Positions 43,642-58,309 of a stretch of DNA of 64,000 bases are shown here, one piece after another. Positions within the stretch are counted from its first letter, which is position 1. Every line of letters starts with the position of its first letter. The notes under the pieces are model-generated. The model had not been told where the DNA came from, ran no database searches, and saw nothing but the letters and a program-made list of their open reading frames with translations. The position numbers and the translations under genes are program-made. Source of the DNA: the human T2T-CHM13v2.0 reference genome, Homo sapiens. The stretch is from assembly GCF_009914755.1 (NCBI RefSeq), contig NC_060928.1, one strand, 5' to 3'.

Positions 43642-46600
43642 AAGACTATCCTTCCTCCACTGGGGGCTTTGTTTTCAGATGATTGTATATGTGTGGGTCT
43701 GTTTCTGGTATCTCTTTTCTTTCTTCTTTTTTTGGTCTGACCTTGAAGCAATAACACATTGTCTTATTTATTTACTACAGTAATTAAAACTGGAGTAAAT
43801 GTCAGCTCCAATCTTGATACTGGTAGTTTATTTCTCCAGCTTTGTTCTTTGAGGTTGCCTTGCACATTAAACTCATTCATGAGTCTTAAGAACGTTTATT
43901 TGCCTTTGAGTAGCACTGAAACAAATTTTTTTCCCCTTCCTCTCAAATTTTAACTTTAGAATAAAAAGTTTTATTTTTTATTTTTATTTTTATTTTTCCG
44001 CAAGTTATTGAGGTACAGGTGGTATTTGGTTACATGAATAAGTTCTTTAGTGGTGATTTGTTAGATTTTGGTGCACCTGTCACCAAGCAGTATACACTGC
44101 ACCATATTTTATCCCTTGTCCCCCTCCCACTCTTCCCCCCAAACCACTAAAGTCCATTGTATCATTCTTACGTCTTTGCATCCTCATAGCCTAGTTCCCA
44201 CATAATCAGTGAGAACATACGATGTTTGGTTTCCATTCCTGAGTTACGTCATTTAGAATAGTAGTCTCCAATCTCATCCAGGTCACTCCAAATGCTGTTA
44301 ATTCATTCCTCTTTATGCCTGTGTAATATTGCATCATATATATACACCACAGTTTCTTTATATACTCATTGATTGATAGGCATTTGGGTTGTTTCCATGA
44401 TTTTGCTATTGTGAATTGTGCCACTATAAACATGTGTGTGCAAGTATCTTTTTTGCATGACTTCTTTTCCTCTGGCTAGATACCCAGGAGTGGGATTGCT
44501 GGATCAAATGATAGTTCTACTTTTAGTTCTTTAAGGAATCTCCACACTGTTTTCCACAGTGGCTGTACTAGTTTACATTCCCACTAGCAGTGGAGAAGTG
44601 TTTCCTGTTCACCGCATCCACACCAACATGTACTGGTTTTTGATTTTTCGATCATGGCCATTCTTGCAGGAGTGAGGTGATATTGCGTTGTGGTTTTGAT
44701 TTGCATTTTCCTGATCATTTAGTGATGTTGAGCATTTTTTCATATGTTTGTTGGCCATTTGTATATCTTCTTTTGAGAATTGTCTATTCATATCTTTAAC
44801 CTACTTTTTGATGGGATTATTTGGTTTTTTCTTACTAATTTGTTTGAGTTCATTGTAGACTCTGGATATTAGTCCTTTGTCAGATGTATAGATTGTGAAG
44901 ATTTTGTCCCACTCTGTGGGTTGTCTGTTTACTCTGCTGACTTCCTTTTGCCATGCAAAAGCTCTTTAGTTTAATTAGGTCCCAGCTATTTATCTTTGTT
45001 TTTATTGCATTTGCTTTTGGGTTCTTGGTCATGAAATCCTTGCCTAAGCCAGTGTCCAGAAGGGTTTTTCCAATGTTATCTTCTAGAATTTTTATAGTTT
45101 CAGGTCTTAGGTTTAAGTCCTTAATCCATCTTGCGTTGATTTTTGTATAAGGTGAGAGATGAGAATCCAGTTTCATTCTCCTACAAGTGACTAGCCAATT
45201 ATCCCAGCACCATTTGTTGAAAAGGGTGCCCTTTCCCCACTTTATGTTATTGTTTGCTTTGTCAAAGATCAGTTGGCTGTAAGTATTTAGGTTTATTTCT
45301 GGGTTCTCTATTCTGTTCCATTGGTCTACATGCCTATCTTTATACCAGTACCACACTGTTTTGGTGATGGCTTATAGTATAGTTTGAAATCAGGTAATGT
45401 GATGCCTCCAGATGTGTTGTTTTTGTTTAGTCTTCCTTTGGCTGTGTGGGCTCTTTTTTGGTTCCATATGAATTTTAGAATTGTTTTTTCTAATTCCGTG
45501 AAGAATGATGGTGGCATTTTGATGGTGACTGCATTGACTTTGTAGATTGCTTTTGGCAGTATGGTCATTTTCACAATATTGATTCTACCCATCCATGAGT
45601 ATGGGATGTGTTTCCATTTGTTTGTATCATCTGTGATTTCTTTCAGCAGTGTTTTGCAGTTTTCTTTGTAGAGGTCTTTTGACTCCTTCATTAAGTATAT
45701 TCCGAAGTATTTTTTTATTATTATTTTTTGCAGCTATTGTAAAAGGGGCTGAGTTCTTGATTTGATTCTCTTCTTGGTCACTGTTGGGCTATAGAAGAGC
45801 TACTGATTTGCCTAGATTCATCTTGTATCTGGAAACTTTGCTGAATCCTTTGATCAGTTCTAGGAGCTTTCTGGAGGAGTCCTTAGGGTTTTCGAGGTAA
45901 ACAATCATATCATCAGCAAACAGTGACAGTCTGATTTCCTCTTTACCAATTTGGATGTCCTTATTTCTTTCTCTTGTCTGATTGCTCTGGCTAGGACTTC
46001 CAGTACTATGTTGAAGAGGAGTGGTGAGAGTGGGCATCCTTGTCTTGTTCCCATTCTCAGAGAGAATGCTTTCAACTTTTCCCCATTCAGTATTATGTTG
46101 GCTGTGGGGTTTCTCATAGTTGGCTTTTATTACATTAAGGTATGTCCCTTGTATGCTGATTTTGCTGAGAGTTTTAATCATAAAGTGATGCTGGATTTTG
46201 TCAAATGCTTTTTCGGCATCTATTGAGATGATTGTTTAACTTTTGTTTTTAATTCCGTTTATGTGGTTTATCACATTTATTGACTTGTATATGTTAAACC
46301 ACCCCTGCATCTCTGGTATGAAACCCACTTGATCATGGTGGATTATCATTTTGATATGTTGTTGAATTTGATTAGCTAATATTTTGTTAAGGATTTTAGC
46401 ATCAATGTTCATCAAGGTATCAGTCTGTAGTTTTCTTTTTTGATTATGTCCTTTCCTGGTTTTGGTATTAGGGTGATGCTGGCTTCATAAAATGAATTAG
46501 GGAGGGTTCCTTCTTTCTCTCTCTTATGGAATAGTGTCAAAAGGATTGGTACCAATTCTGTGTTGAATTTCTGGTATAATTCTGCTGTGAATCTCTCTGG

Positions 46601-47907
46601 TCCTGGACTTTTTTTGTTGGTAATTTTAAAATTACCATTTCAGTCTCACTGCTTGTTATTGATCTGCTCGGGGTATCAAATTCTTCCTGATTTAAGCTAG
46701 GAAGGTTGTATTTTTCCAGAAATGTATCCACCTCTTCTAGATTTTCTAGTTTATGTGTGTAAAGGTGTTCATAGTAGCCTTGAGTGACCTTTTGTTTGTC
46801 AGTGGTGTCAGTTGTAATATCCCCTGTTTCATTTCTTTGTGAGGTTATTTGAATTTTCTCTCTTCTTTTCTTGGTTAATCTTGCTAATGGTCTATCAATT
46901 TTATTTATCTTTCAAATAACCACCTTTTTGTTTCATTTATCATTTGTATTTTTTTGTTGTTGTTTGTTTCAATTTCATTTAGTTCTGCTCTGATCTTGGT
47001 AATTTCCTTTCTTCTGCTGGGTTTGGGTTTGGTTTGTTCTTGTTTCTCTAGTTCCTTGAGGTGTGACCTTAGAATGTCAGTTTGTGCTGTTTCAGTTTTT
47101 TTGATGTAGGCGTTTAGCACCTCTTTGCACTTCTTAGCACCACCTTGCTGTTTCCCAGAGGTTTTGATAGGTTAATTTCCACCTTGTTTTCATTTTTGAG
47201 CCAGTGCTCATTCAGAAGCAGGTTATTAATTTCCATGTATTTGCATGGTATCAAAGGTTCCTTTTGGAGTTGATATCCAGTTTTATTCCACTGTGGTCTG
47301 AAAGAGTGCTTGATATAATTTCAATTTCCTTAAGTTTATTGAGGTTCGTTTTGTAGCCTATCATATGGTCTATCTTAGAGAAATTTCCACGCGCTGTTGA
47401 ATAGAATGTGTATTCTGTGGTGGTTGGATGAAATGTTCTATATGTATCTGTTAAGTCCATTTGTTCCAAGGTATAGTTTAAATCCATTGTTTCTTTGTTG
47501 ACCTTCTATCTTGATGACCTGTCTAGTGCTGTCAGTGGAGTATTGAAATCCCCCACTATTATTGTGTTGCTGTCTATCTCATTTCTTAGGTCTATTAGTA
47601 ATTGTTCTATAAATTTGGGAGCTCCAGTGTTAGGTGCATATTTGTGTAGGATTGTGATATTTTCCTGCTAGACAAGGCCTTTTACCATTATATAATGTCC
47701 CTGTTTGTCTCTTTTAATTGCTGTTGCTTTAAAATTTGTTTTGTCTGATGTAAGAATAGCTATCCCTGCTCGCTTTTTGTGTGCATTGGCATAAAATGCC
47801 TTTTACCACTCCTTTAAGTTTATCTGAGTCCTTATGTGTTAGGTGAGTCTCCTGAAGGCAGCAGATGGTTGGTTGATGAGTTCTTATCCATTCTGTGGCT
47901 CTGTATC

Positions 47908-48212
<305 letters not shown>

Positions 48213-48234
48213 CAGTTCTGTATCTTCTGTATCT

Positions 48235-48527
<293 letters not shown>

Positions 48528-49022
48528 AGTTCTGTATCTTTTAAGTAGAGCATTTAGACCATTTGTATTCAATGTTAGTATTGAAATGTGAGGTACGGTT
48601 GCATTCATTGTGCTCTTTGTTGCCTGTGTACTTTTGTTTTTTGTTTTTGCTTTTTAATGTGTATTTTTGTTTTATAGGACCTGTATGATTTATGCTTTAA
48701 AGAGGTTCTGTTTTGATGTGTTTCCAGTATTTGTTTGAAGATTTAGAGCCCCTTTCAGCAGTTTTTGTGGTGGTGGTTTGGTAATGGCTGATTCTCTCAG
48801 CATTTGTCAGAAAACGACTGTATCTTTCCTTCATATATGATACTTAGTTTCACTGGATACAAAATTATTGGCTGATAATTGTTTTGCTTGAGGAGGCGAA
48901 AGATAGGGCCCCAATCCATTCTAGCTTGTAGGGTTTCTGCTGAGAAATCTGCTGTTGATCTGATAGGTTTTCCTTTATAGGTAACCTTGTGCTTCTGTCT
49001 CACAACTGTTAAGATTCTTTCT

Positions 49023-49538
49023 ACCTCTGGACCAGCCTGCTAGCCCACATGCTCCGATGTTAATGACATCGAAGGCACCCGTCTCGAGGAAATCTCAACT
49101 GCACAACCCCTACTACACCCCAATTCAGCAGGAAGCAGTTAGAGCGGTCGTCAGCCAACCTCCCCAGCAGCACTTGGGTTTTCCTGTTGAGAGCGGGGAC
49201 TGAGAGACAGGACTAGCTGGATTTCCTAGGCTGACTAAGAATCCCTAAGCCTAGCTGGGAAGGTGACCGCGTCTACCTTTAAACACGGGGCTTGCAACTT
49301 AGCTCACACCCAACCAATCAGATAGTAAAGAGAGCTCACTAAAATGCTAATTAGGCAAAAACAGGAGGTAGAGAAATAGCCAATCATCTATCGCCTGAGA
49401 GCACAGCAGGAGGGACAATGATCCGGATATAAACCCAAGCATTCGAGCCAGCAATGGCTACCCTCTTTGTGTCCCCTCCCTTTGTATGGGAGCTCTATTT
49501 TCACTCTATTAAATCTTGCAACTGAAAAAAAAAAAAAA
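49023..49538 (+). mobile_element. HERV-W (HERV17/LTR17) processed retrocopy: 3' end of env + PPT + U3-R of 3' LTR + poly(A)
   Basis: Translation DVNDIEGTRLEEISTAQPLLHPNSAGSS* (TAG 49140-49142) resembles the syncytin-1/ERVW-1 cytoplasmic tail; purine tract 49189-49200; LTR17 start TGAGAGACAGGACTAGCTGGATTTCCTAGG at 49201; TATA ~49426-49433; ATTAAA 49508-49513; poly(A) from 49525 with no U5; TSD AAGATTCTTTCT at 49011-49022 and 49539-49550. Confidence 0.92.
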
Positions 49539-51899
49539 AAGATTCTTTCTTCATCTTAACTTTGGATAACCCGATGACATTGTGCCTAGGATCTTTTTGC
49601 AATGAATTTTCCAGGTGTTGCTTGTGCTTCTTGTATTTGGATGTCTAAGTCTCTAGCAAGGCAGGGGAGGTTTTCCTTGATTATTCCTCTGAATATGTTT
49701 TCCAAGCTTTTAGAATTCTCCTCTTCCTCAGGAACACTGATTATTCTTAGGTTTGGTTGTTTAACATAATCCCAGACTTCTTGGAGGCTTTGTTCATATT
49801 TTCTTATTCTTTTTTCTTTGTCTTTGTTGGATTGGGTTAATTCGAAGACCTTGCCTTCGAGCTCGGAATTTCTTTCTTCTACTTGTTCAATTCTGTTGCT
49901 GAGAATTTCCAGAGCATTTTGGATTTCTAAAAGTGTTTCCATAAAAGTTTCCTGAATTTTTTATTGTTTTTCCTTTATACTATCTATTTCCTTGAATATT
50001 TCTCCCTTCATTTCTTATGTCTTTTTTTTTGGATTTCCTTGCATTGGTCTTCGCATTTCTCTGGTCCCTCCCTGGTTAGCTTAATAACTAACCTCCTGAA
50101 TTCTTTTTCAGATAAATCAGGGATTGTTGGTTTGGATCTGTTGCTGGTGAACTTGTGTGATTTTTTGGGGGGATGTTGAAGAGCCTTGTTTTGTCATATT
50201 ACCAGGGTTGGTTTCCTGGTTCCTTCTCATTTGGGTAGGCTCTGTCAGAGGGAAGGTCTAGGGCTGAAGGCTGTCGTTCAGATTTTTTTTGTCCTATGGG
50301 GTGTTCGCTTGATGTAGTAGTCTCCCCATTTTCCTATGGATGTGGCTTCCTGTGAACCAAACTACAGTGATTTTTGTCTTTCTTCTGGGTCTAGCCACCC
50401 AGAGAGTGTATCTGGCTCCAGGATGGTACTGGGGGTTATCTGCACAGAGTCCTGTGATGTGAACCATCTGTGGGTCTCTCAGCCATGGATTCCAGCACCT
50501 ATTCCATTGGAGGTGGCAGAGGGTGCAATGGACTCCATGAGGGTCCTTAGCTTTGGTGGTTTAATGCTCTGTTTTTGTGCTGATTGGCCTCCTGCCAGGA
50601 GATGGTGCTTTCCAGAAAGCATCAGCTGTAGTAATGTGGAGAGGGACTGGTGGTGGGCACTGCCCTAGAACTCCCAGGAGTATACGCATTTGTCTTCAGC
50701 TACCAGGGTGGGTAGGGAGGGACCATCAGGTAGGGGCAGGGCTAGTTGTGTTTGAGCTCAAACTATCCCTGGGCGAGTCTTGCTGCAGCTGCTCTGGGGG
50801 ATGGGGGTGAGATTCCCAGGTCACAGGAGTTGTGTACCTAGGAGGATTATGGCTGCCTCTGCTGAGTCACACAGGTTGTCAGGGAAGTGGGGGAAAGCCG
50901 GCAGTCACAGGCCTCACGCAGCTCGCACGCAAACTGAAGGGCTGTTCTCACTTCCACTGTGCCCCCACCAACAGCCCTGAGTCTGTTTCAAGGCAGAGAG
51001 CGTGATAGGCTTGAAAACCTGACCCAGGCTACCCACCTTCCAGCTGCGAAAGAAAAGGGCTTGGTTCTTGCATGGCCTGTGGAGTCTGCACACGGGATTT
51101 GTGCCCTCCCCTGACTTGTGGCCAGGAGGCTTCTACCACCGTTCAAATTGTTACAAAGTTCAGCTGGAGATTTCCTTCTCACTGTGGAGTTTTACCCCCT
51201 GCTCCTCTGGTCACCCTCCTGATGGATCCCTGTGGTACCAGGCAGGAATGGCCTGCTAGGGGACCCAGCGAGCTCCCAGGGCCTTTCTGCTGCTTCGTGT
51301 ACCACTGTATTTCTCTTGGCTCTCTAAACTTGACTCAGCTTTAGGTAAAATCAGAAACTTCTCCCACGAACAGACCTTCAGCCTCTCCAGTGGGAGTGTG
51401 TTTGGGAGAGGAGGCTCTCCCTTTCCCACTTCCGTAGTTGGGGCACTCACAGTACTTGAGGTGTCTCCTGGGTCCTCCGGGAGCAGTCCGCTTCCTTCAG
51501 AGGGTCTGTGGGTCCTCTCGGGATTGCTGATTTGTTCTTGCAGTCAATCTGGAGCTAAAATTTACAATGAAAAGTTTTATTAGAATGAAGTGAATTAAAC
51601 TGCAACATATCAGTATGAGTTATTTGCTTATTCAAAGCCAATAATTTCCTCCTTTGTGAATTGATTGATTGATTTAAATTAAATTCTCTTTTTAAAGATT
51701 CCCTTGCAATTATTTTACTTCCTATTGGAAGGCAGAAAAGGAAAACATAGGTTGTCTTGGTGGTCTCTCCTTATTGAATATGAACCTTATCAGTGGGCAA
51801 GCCTCCATAGAAGCAATAACCTATTTCACCTCCTTAAAGAAATTCAACATAATACAAATTAATTATTTCTGTTTGTACCTGCTGTTATTAAAAATAAAC

Positions 51900-53562
51900 A
51901 CATCAGATGACACAAACTAATAGGAAAACCTTCCATGTTCATGGTTTGAAAGAATCAATACCATTAAAATAGCCATACTGCCTAAAGCAGTCTACAGATT
52001 CAGTGCTTTTCTATTAAACTGCCAGTATCATTTTTTCACAGAACTAGAAAAAACTATCCTAAAATTCATATAGAACCAAAAAAAGAGTCCAAATAGCCAA
52101 AGGAATCCTAAGCAAAAAGAACAAGGCTGGAGGCATCACATTTTGCAACTTCAAACTATAAGGCTATAGTAACCAAAACATCATGGTACTGGTACAAAAA
52201 CAGGCACATTGACCAATGAAACAGAATAGAGAACCCAGAAATAAAGCATCACACCTGTAGCCATCTGATTATTGACAAAGTCAACAAAAATAAGCAATGA
52301 GGAAAGGACTTTCTATTCAATAAATGGTGATGGAATAAATGGATAATCATGTGCAGAAGAATGAAACTGGACTGCTATCTTTCACCGTATATAAAAAATT
52401 ACTTCAGATGGATTAAAGATTTAAAGATAAGACCTCAAAGTATAAAAATCCTACAAGAAAACCTAGGAAACACCATCTGGCCATTGACCTTGGGAAATAA
52501 TTTATGAATAAATCCTCAAAAGAAATGGCAACAAAAACAAAATTGACAAGTAGGACCTAATTAAAGAGTTTCTGCATAGCAAAAGAAACTACCAACACAG
52601 TAAACAGACAGCCTACAGAATGGGAGAAAATATTTGCAGACTATGCATCTGACAAAGGTATAATATCCAGAATTTATAAGGAACTTAAACAATTGAACAA
52701 GCAAAAAACAACCCCATTAAACAAATGGGCAAAAGACATGAATAGACGCTTTTCAAAAGAAGACATACAAGTAGCCAACAAACATATGAAAAAATGCTCA
52801 TCACTAATCATCAGAGAAATGCAAATCAAAACCACAATGAGATGCCATCTCACACCAGTCAGAATGGCTTTTATTAAAAAGACAAAAAATAACATACTGG
52901 CAAGGCTGCAGAGAAAAAGGGAACACTTATACACTGTTGATGGGAATGTAAATTAGTTCAACCACTGTGGAAAGCAGTTTGGAGATTTCCCAAGGAACTT
53001 AAAACTACCATCAGACCCAGCAATCCCATGACTGGGTATATATCCAAGAGAAAATAAATCATTCTACCAAAAAGACACATGCACTTGTATGTTCATCAGA
53101 GTGCTATTGACAGTCACAGAGTCATACAATCAATCTAGGTACCCATCAATGGTGGATTGGGTAAAGAAAATGTGGTAGATATACATCATTAAATACTGTG
53201 CAGCCATAAAAAAGAACAACATTATGTCTTTTGCAGGAACATGGATGCAACTGGAGGCCATCCACCTGTTTTTGTTGCTGCTGAATTAACACAGGAACAG
53301 AAAACCAAATACCATATATTCTCACTTATAAGTGCTAGCTAAACACTGGATACTCATGGACATAAAGATGGCAAGAATAGAAACTGGGAACGACTAGAGT
53401 AGGGAGGGAGAGAAGGGGGCAAAGGGTGAAAAACTATTGAATACTATGCTCAGTACCTGGGTGACAGTATCAATGGTACCCCAAACCTCAGCATAATGCA
53501 ATGTATCTGAGTAACAAACCTGCACATGTAACCCCTGAATCTGAAATAAAAGTTGAAATTAA
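51900..53562 (+). mobile_element. 5'-truncated L1PA16/17-like element followed by (CA)n (~53563-53589)
   Basis: ORF2 remnant 52693-52956; 3' end ..ccccaaacctcagcat..aacaaacctgcacatgtaacccctgaatctgaaataaaagttgaaatt. Confidence 0.85.
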
Positions 53563-54282
53563 ACGCACACACACGCACACACACACACAAAGAGCATATG
53601 AGTCATTTACATATTTAATAGTTTTGAATTAAAATAAAACTCAGCCATGTGCTCTCTTAACCCGTGAGTGAAAACAGTATTTCAGAAGCATCATTTGACT
53701 ATTTTGAATAAATTCCCTCAAGATCTTTTAAGCATCTGTTTACCTCAATTTTGGCTTACTTTTCCCCATTTATTTTTCTGAGGAATAAATAGGAAAATTG
53801 CATTTAACTCCAAATTCATTTTTCTATTTTAATAGAGATAAAATTTTATAGAGAAAATAAGTATATTAATATATTTTATAGACTAGTGAAGAGATCTCAT
53901 ATGTAAAACTGAATCATAACCAAAGTTTTCTGAGGTACTTTACTTATATACATGTTTCTTTTATACTTGTTTAAAATCTTATAATGGCTTTTGTTGAATG
54001 CATAATGCACTTTTAAAAGTTTAGTCTGTTACATAAAATAAAAGTGGTAGGTTATTACGTTGTCGTAACCTGGCTGGCCAGCTGGTGTCACTGTGGCACA
54101 GGCAATGAAATTACAATTTTTTTTTTTTGTTCTTGTTTGTGTTTCTCATTGCAGATATTTGATTTTTCATTTTACTTCCTTTCTTAGTCTGTCCTAAGAG
54201 AGGCCCTGGTTAGCTTTACACTCAATATTCACATCTATGTAGAGATGATTTTGTCCTAGCAATCCCTTTGCCAGCAGTTTAG

Positions 54283-54750
<468 letters not shown>

Positions 54751-56367
54751 TAAAAATAAAATTATTATTTTAAGAATTATTCTTTAAAATTATTCTTTTA
54801 AAAATTATTCTTTTAAAAAAGAGTATTACAATTTAATCTAAATAATTCAAATTACTCTGATTTGTAAACTGTGTGTAGTATTTGTAATGGATGCTGTTAT
54901 AGTGCTGGTCAAAATTAATTAGAAATTTGCAACTCATACCATGAGTTTAAGAGCAGAAGCAAATCATACTAACTCCACATGGTTGAAACTTCTTGTGAAT
55001 TAATTTATAGTTGGTAGATTTAAAGACATTGCCTCCTTAGACCTAGCTAAAATGGAATTTTTCCCGTGGAAGGCCCAAAACAAAAATCCACTAATGTAGG
55101 GTGTTTTTACCTATGAACACTTTCTCTAGCAAAATGTCCATACACAAACCTACCAAATTTTGCATTCAGATTTAGTGAGCTTAGGACCCCCTGAACCCTG
55201 CATAAGGGTTCTCAGGTTCCCTGAGTCTTAAGAACCCCCCACCTGTAAGTTTTAAGTGATATCACAGAGTATTCGTTCAGTAGAACTACCTTAGAGATCT
55301 CGGAGTCTCACTATGTTATTTTATAGTGGAGAAAAAAGGCCCTTGAAGTTGTTATGGAATTACCCAGTATTAATTAAATAGCTGTACCAAAAGCTTATGT
55401 GATTTGACTATAACTGCAGTGAGTGCAAGAGCGCTCTCTTTCATTACCTTATTTCCAGGGTTTGGTAACAGTTTTTGGCACTTACTACCAAAGAGGGCCT
55501 TTCAATAAATGGTGAATAAATGAATGTTTATTCACGTAAGAACGAGGACGAGGACTAGAAACCAGATTTTTAGACTTCTCTGAAAAACCAGGGAAGAGAT
55601 ATTGTAATCTTATATTTGATACATCTTGTGTCCTTAATTTCCCTGCATGTGGTATTTGGGTTTGTGAGTGTGAGTCTTTGTTGTTATAGTTTTATTTTTA
55701 ATGATTTTGTTGAGCTAAGTCGTTTCTTCATTCCCTTGTACTTAGCAGTCTGCAATATCATACACTACGATCTGCAGAAGATTTGGGAAAGAAATACAAG
55801 AAATTGTTGGAACACTGTTCCTCCAACTCCTACCCCCACCAGTCACATGTTGTAACTTATTTATCTCCTTTTCCCAAGAGATTGGAATCACTGTTAGGTC
55901 AGAGATAGTGTGTATACACAGCACAAGTTTTGGTTCATAGTAGTTGCTCAATAAAAGAATGAATTCTAGTAAATAGACTTAAAAGTTGACATCTTTTCTC
56001 CTTCAGCCATCCTACCCTAGGGTTTTCATAGCATGTGATTACAGTTTGTCTCCATTCTATATAGGAATGCAATATAATGTTTCCACGTTACTCACACATA
56101 AAAAATGTAGTAGCTCGGTCAATGGCAATAATGATTTGATGGGGGCTTTTTCAGAGAGCCAGTTTTGACCAAATATGTATGTTGATCCCTTTTAGAGGTA
56201 TGGCAAATGGTTTTCAAGGATTGTTTAACCCATACAAATCTAGATTCATTTTAATACTGTTTGCTTTTCAGCTATAGGCTATACTTTTAATACTATTACT
56301 ACAAATTAAAATTTTAAGTATATTTTTAATATACACATACATTAAATTAATTCTGGATTGAGAGTCC

Positions 56368-56622
56368 TGTTGAAAATACAATTCATAATGAAAGGTTGAA
56401 GGCTTATCTGTCTTAATTATAATCTGAGAGTGTGCCCTTATTTATAAACAAAAGCTATTAGTAATATGTTTTTTTTTATTTCTTGGAGGAATTTTGTTGA
56501 AAATACAATTCATAATGAAAGGTTGAAGGCTTATCTGTCTTAAATTATAATCTGAGAGTGTGTCGTTATTTATAAACAAAAGCTATTAGGAATATGTCGT
56601 TTTTAAATTTTTTGAAGGAATT
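56368..56622. repeat. Direct tandem duplication, 127-bp period
   Basis: TGTTGAAAATACAATTCATAATGAAAGGTTGAAGGCTTATCTGTCTTAA.. starts at 56368 and again at 56495. Confidence 0.95.
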
Positions 56623-57739
56623 ATTTTGAATGTAGATACATATAAATATTTCCACAGTGATAGTATGTGAATGAATTCAGTATTTCTTTGATGCAAGTTG
56701 GTACATGATTCAAGCTTTTGAACTACTTAGAATCTAGACTAAGTGGGTGAGGCCAAGAGGGTAGGCAGTGAACCACCAAAAGGTACTTGTAAGTTCTTGT
56801 TAAATATTGTTGAATGAATGGGAGAGAGGGAGAAAAGAAGATTGAAATTGTGTGTCTGTGGCAGGCAGGTGTGTGTGTGTATGGTGGTAAATGGAAAAAA
56901 ATCAATAAAAATGTTAGATTTACTCTCTTGATTAGATGGAATAAGATACAGGAGGATATTGTGATCATAAAGTGAGTTATTAAACTTATTTAAAGTGAGA
57001 ATCTAGAAGTGTTGCTTCCGAAGTGATGACAAGGTCTAAGAGTGGCAATTTGAGTTTAGGTTGCCTGAGTGGAATATGGGGTATGAAAGATGAAAGGCAT
57101 TAGAAATGAAGATGTTAATGAAATCTGAGACTAAGGTGTAGATTGGGTTATACTAAGTCTAAAATGTCTTTTATCTGCCCTGACACTTTTTTGGCATGTT
57201 GTCCAACTACAGATTCCCAAACCTGATCCAGATTACCAATTTTACGCATTTCTGCAAGTATACGGAGGGAAAATAAAATCACATACCTTTACATATCATT
57301 ATTACTATCCCCTGTCATTCTGCATCAGCATAGGTAGGCAGGCTCATGGAACAGATTTTAAGTGTTTTACAATTTATATTTTAAAATATAGCAACTTACT
57401 ACCTACCATAACATTAGTGGACTGTATTTTTAATGATCGGTGAAAACTTTCAGCCTAGACAGCGAATATATCAGCTTGGAAGGAATTGCTAACTGAACAT
57501 CTATAATCATTTCCTGAAAATGTGCCCACCAACATGCAAAAGGTTAGAAACACCCAGTTTAATGGTGAGAGTTAGGGATAAAGCAGAAGCCCTAGATGTG
57601 CCAAAGTCTTCAATAAATATTTGAAATTGACTGGAAAGAAGGTAGATGACAATGTTGAGGTGGGGACGAGGGCAGTGAGGAAGGTGACACACAGGAAACG
57701 GGGGGGTTGGGTAGGGGCAGAGTTGCACAAGAATGGAAA

Positions 57740-57940
57740 GCAGTTCTCTACAACAGTTCCTCAAAATAGACTAAGGATCGCCTGCATCAGAATCACCTGA
57801 TTTCCTTGTTTTGAAATTCGGATTTCTGGGCTTCACATTCCAACTCAGTGAGAATCACCACACAGCTAAGAGCAATCTGCATTTTTAACAGGATCCTCAG
57901 GTGATTCCTACTGAAATTAAGGTTTGAGAACTGGTTGTTT
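57740..57940. mobile_element. MER5A (hAT-Charlie); a smaller MER5 piece lies at ~16400-16460
   Basis: cctgcatcagaatcacctg..gatttctgggc..aatctgcatttttaacaggatcctcaggtgattcc..ggtttgagaactg. Confidence 0.7.
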
Positions 57941-58309
57941 AGAAGTACCAATAGAGAGTTTAGAAAATGCTGACCCTGCCTTCTAACAATAGAATATTGA
58001 TAAGTAGAATGTTGGAAGATAATCAGTTTTATAAAACTCAAGATAATTGTGGAGAAGCAGAGAGGCCACTTAAGGGGGGTTAATAGTGTTACAGAACTGG
58101 GGATGTGGAGGCTGTTGTAATAATAGCTTTGCTTCTGGCAGATACTTTTTATAGACAGCTAACTGTTAAACTAACAAAGGAGATTTTAAATTAACAGAAT
58201 TCATCAAACATTTAACATAAGTGTTTTAGTTTGTTTCTTTAAAAAATTTATTATGTAGATGCTTTGGAAGGTTTTGTCCCTTTTGAAGCATGAGATGTTA
58301 CTGAGAAAA

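Noticed and set aside
49023-49142. Syncytin-like coding gene
   Set aside because: Only ~40 terminal env codons, with a 2-nt insertion near 49047 and no upstream env
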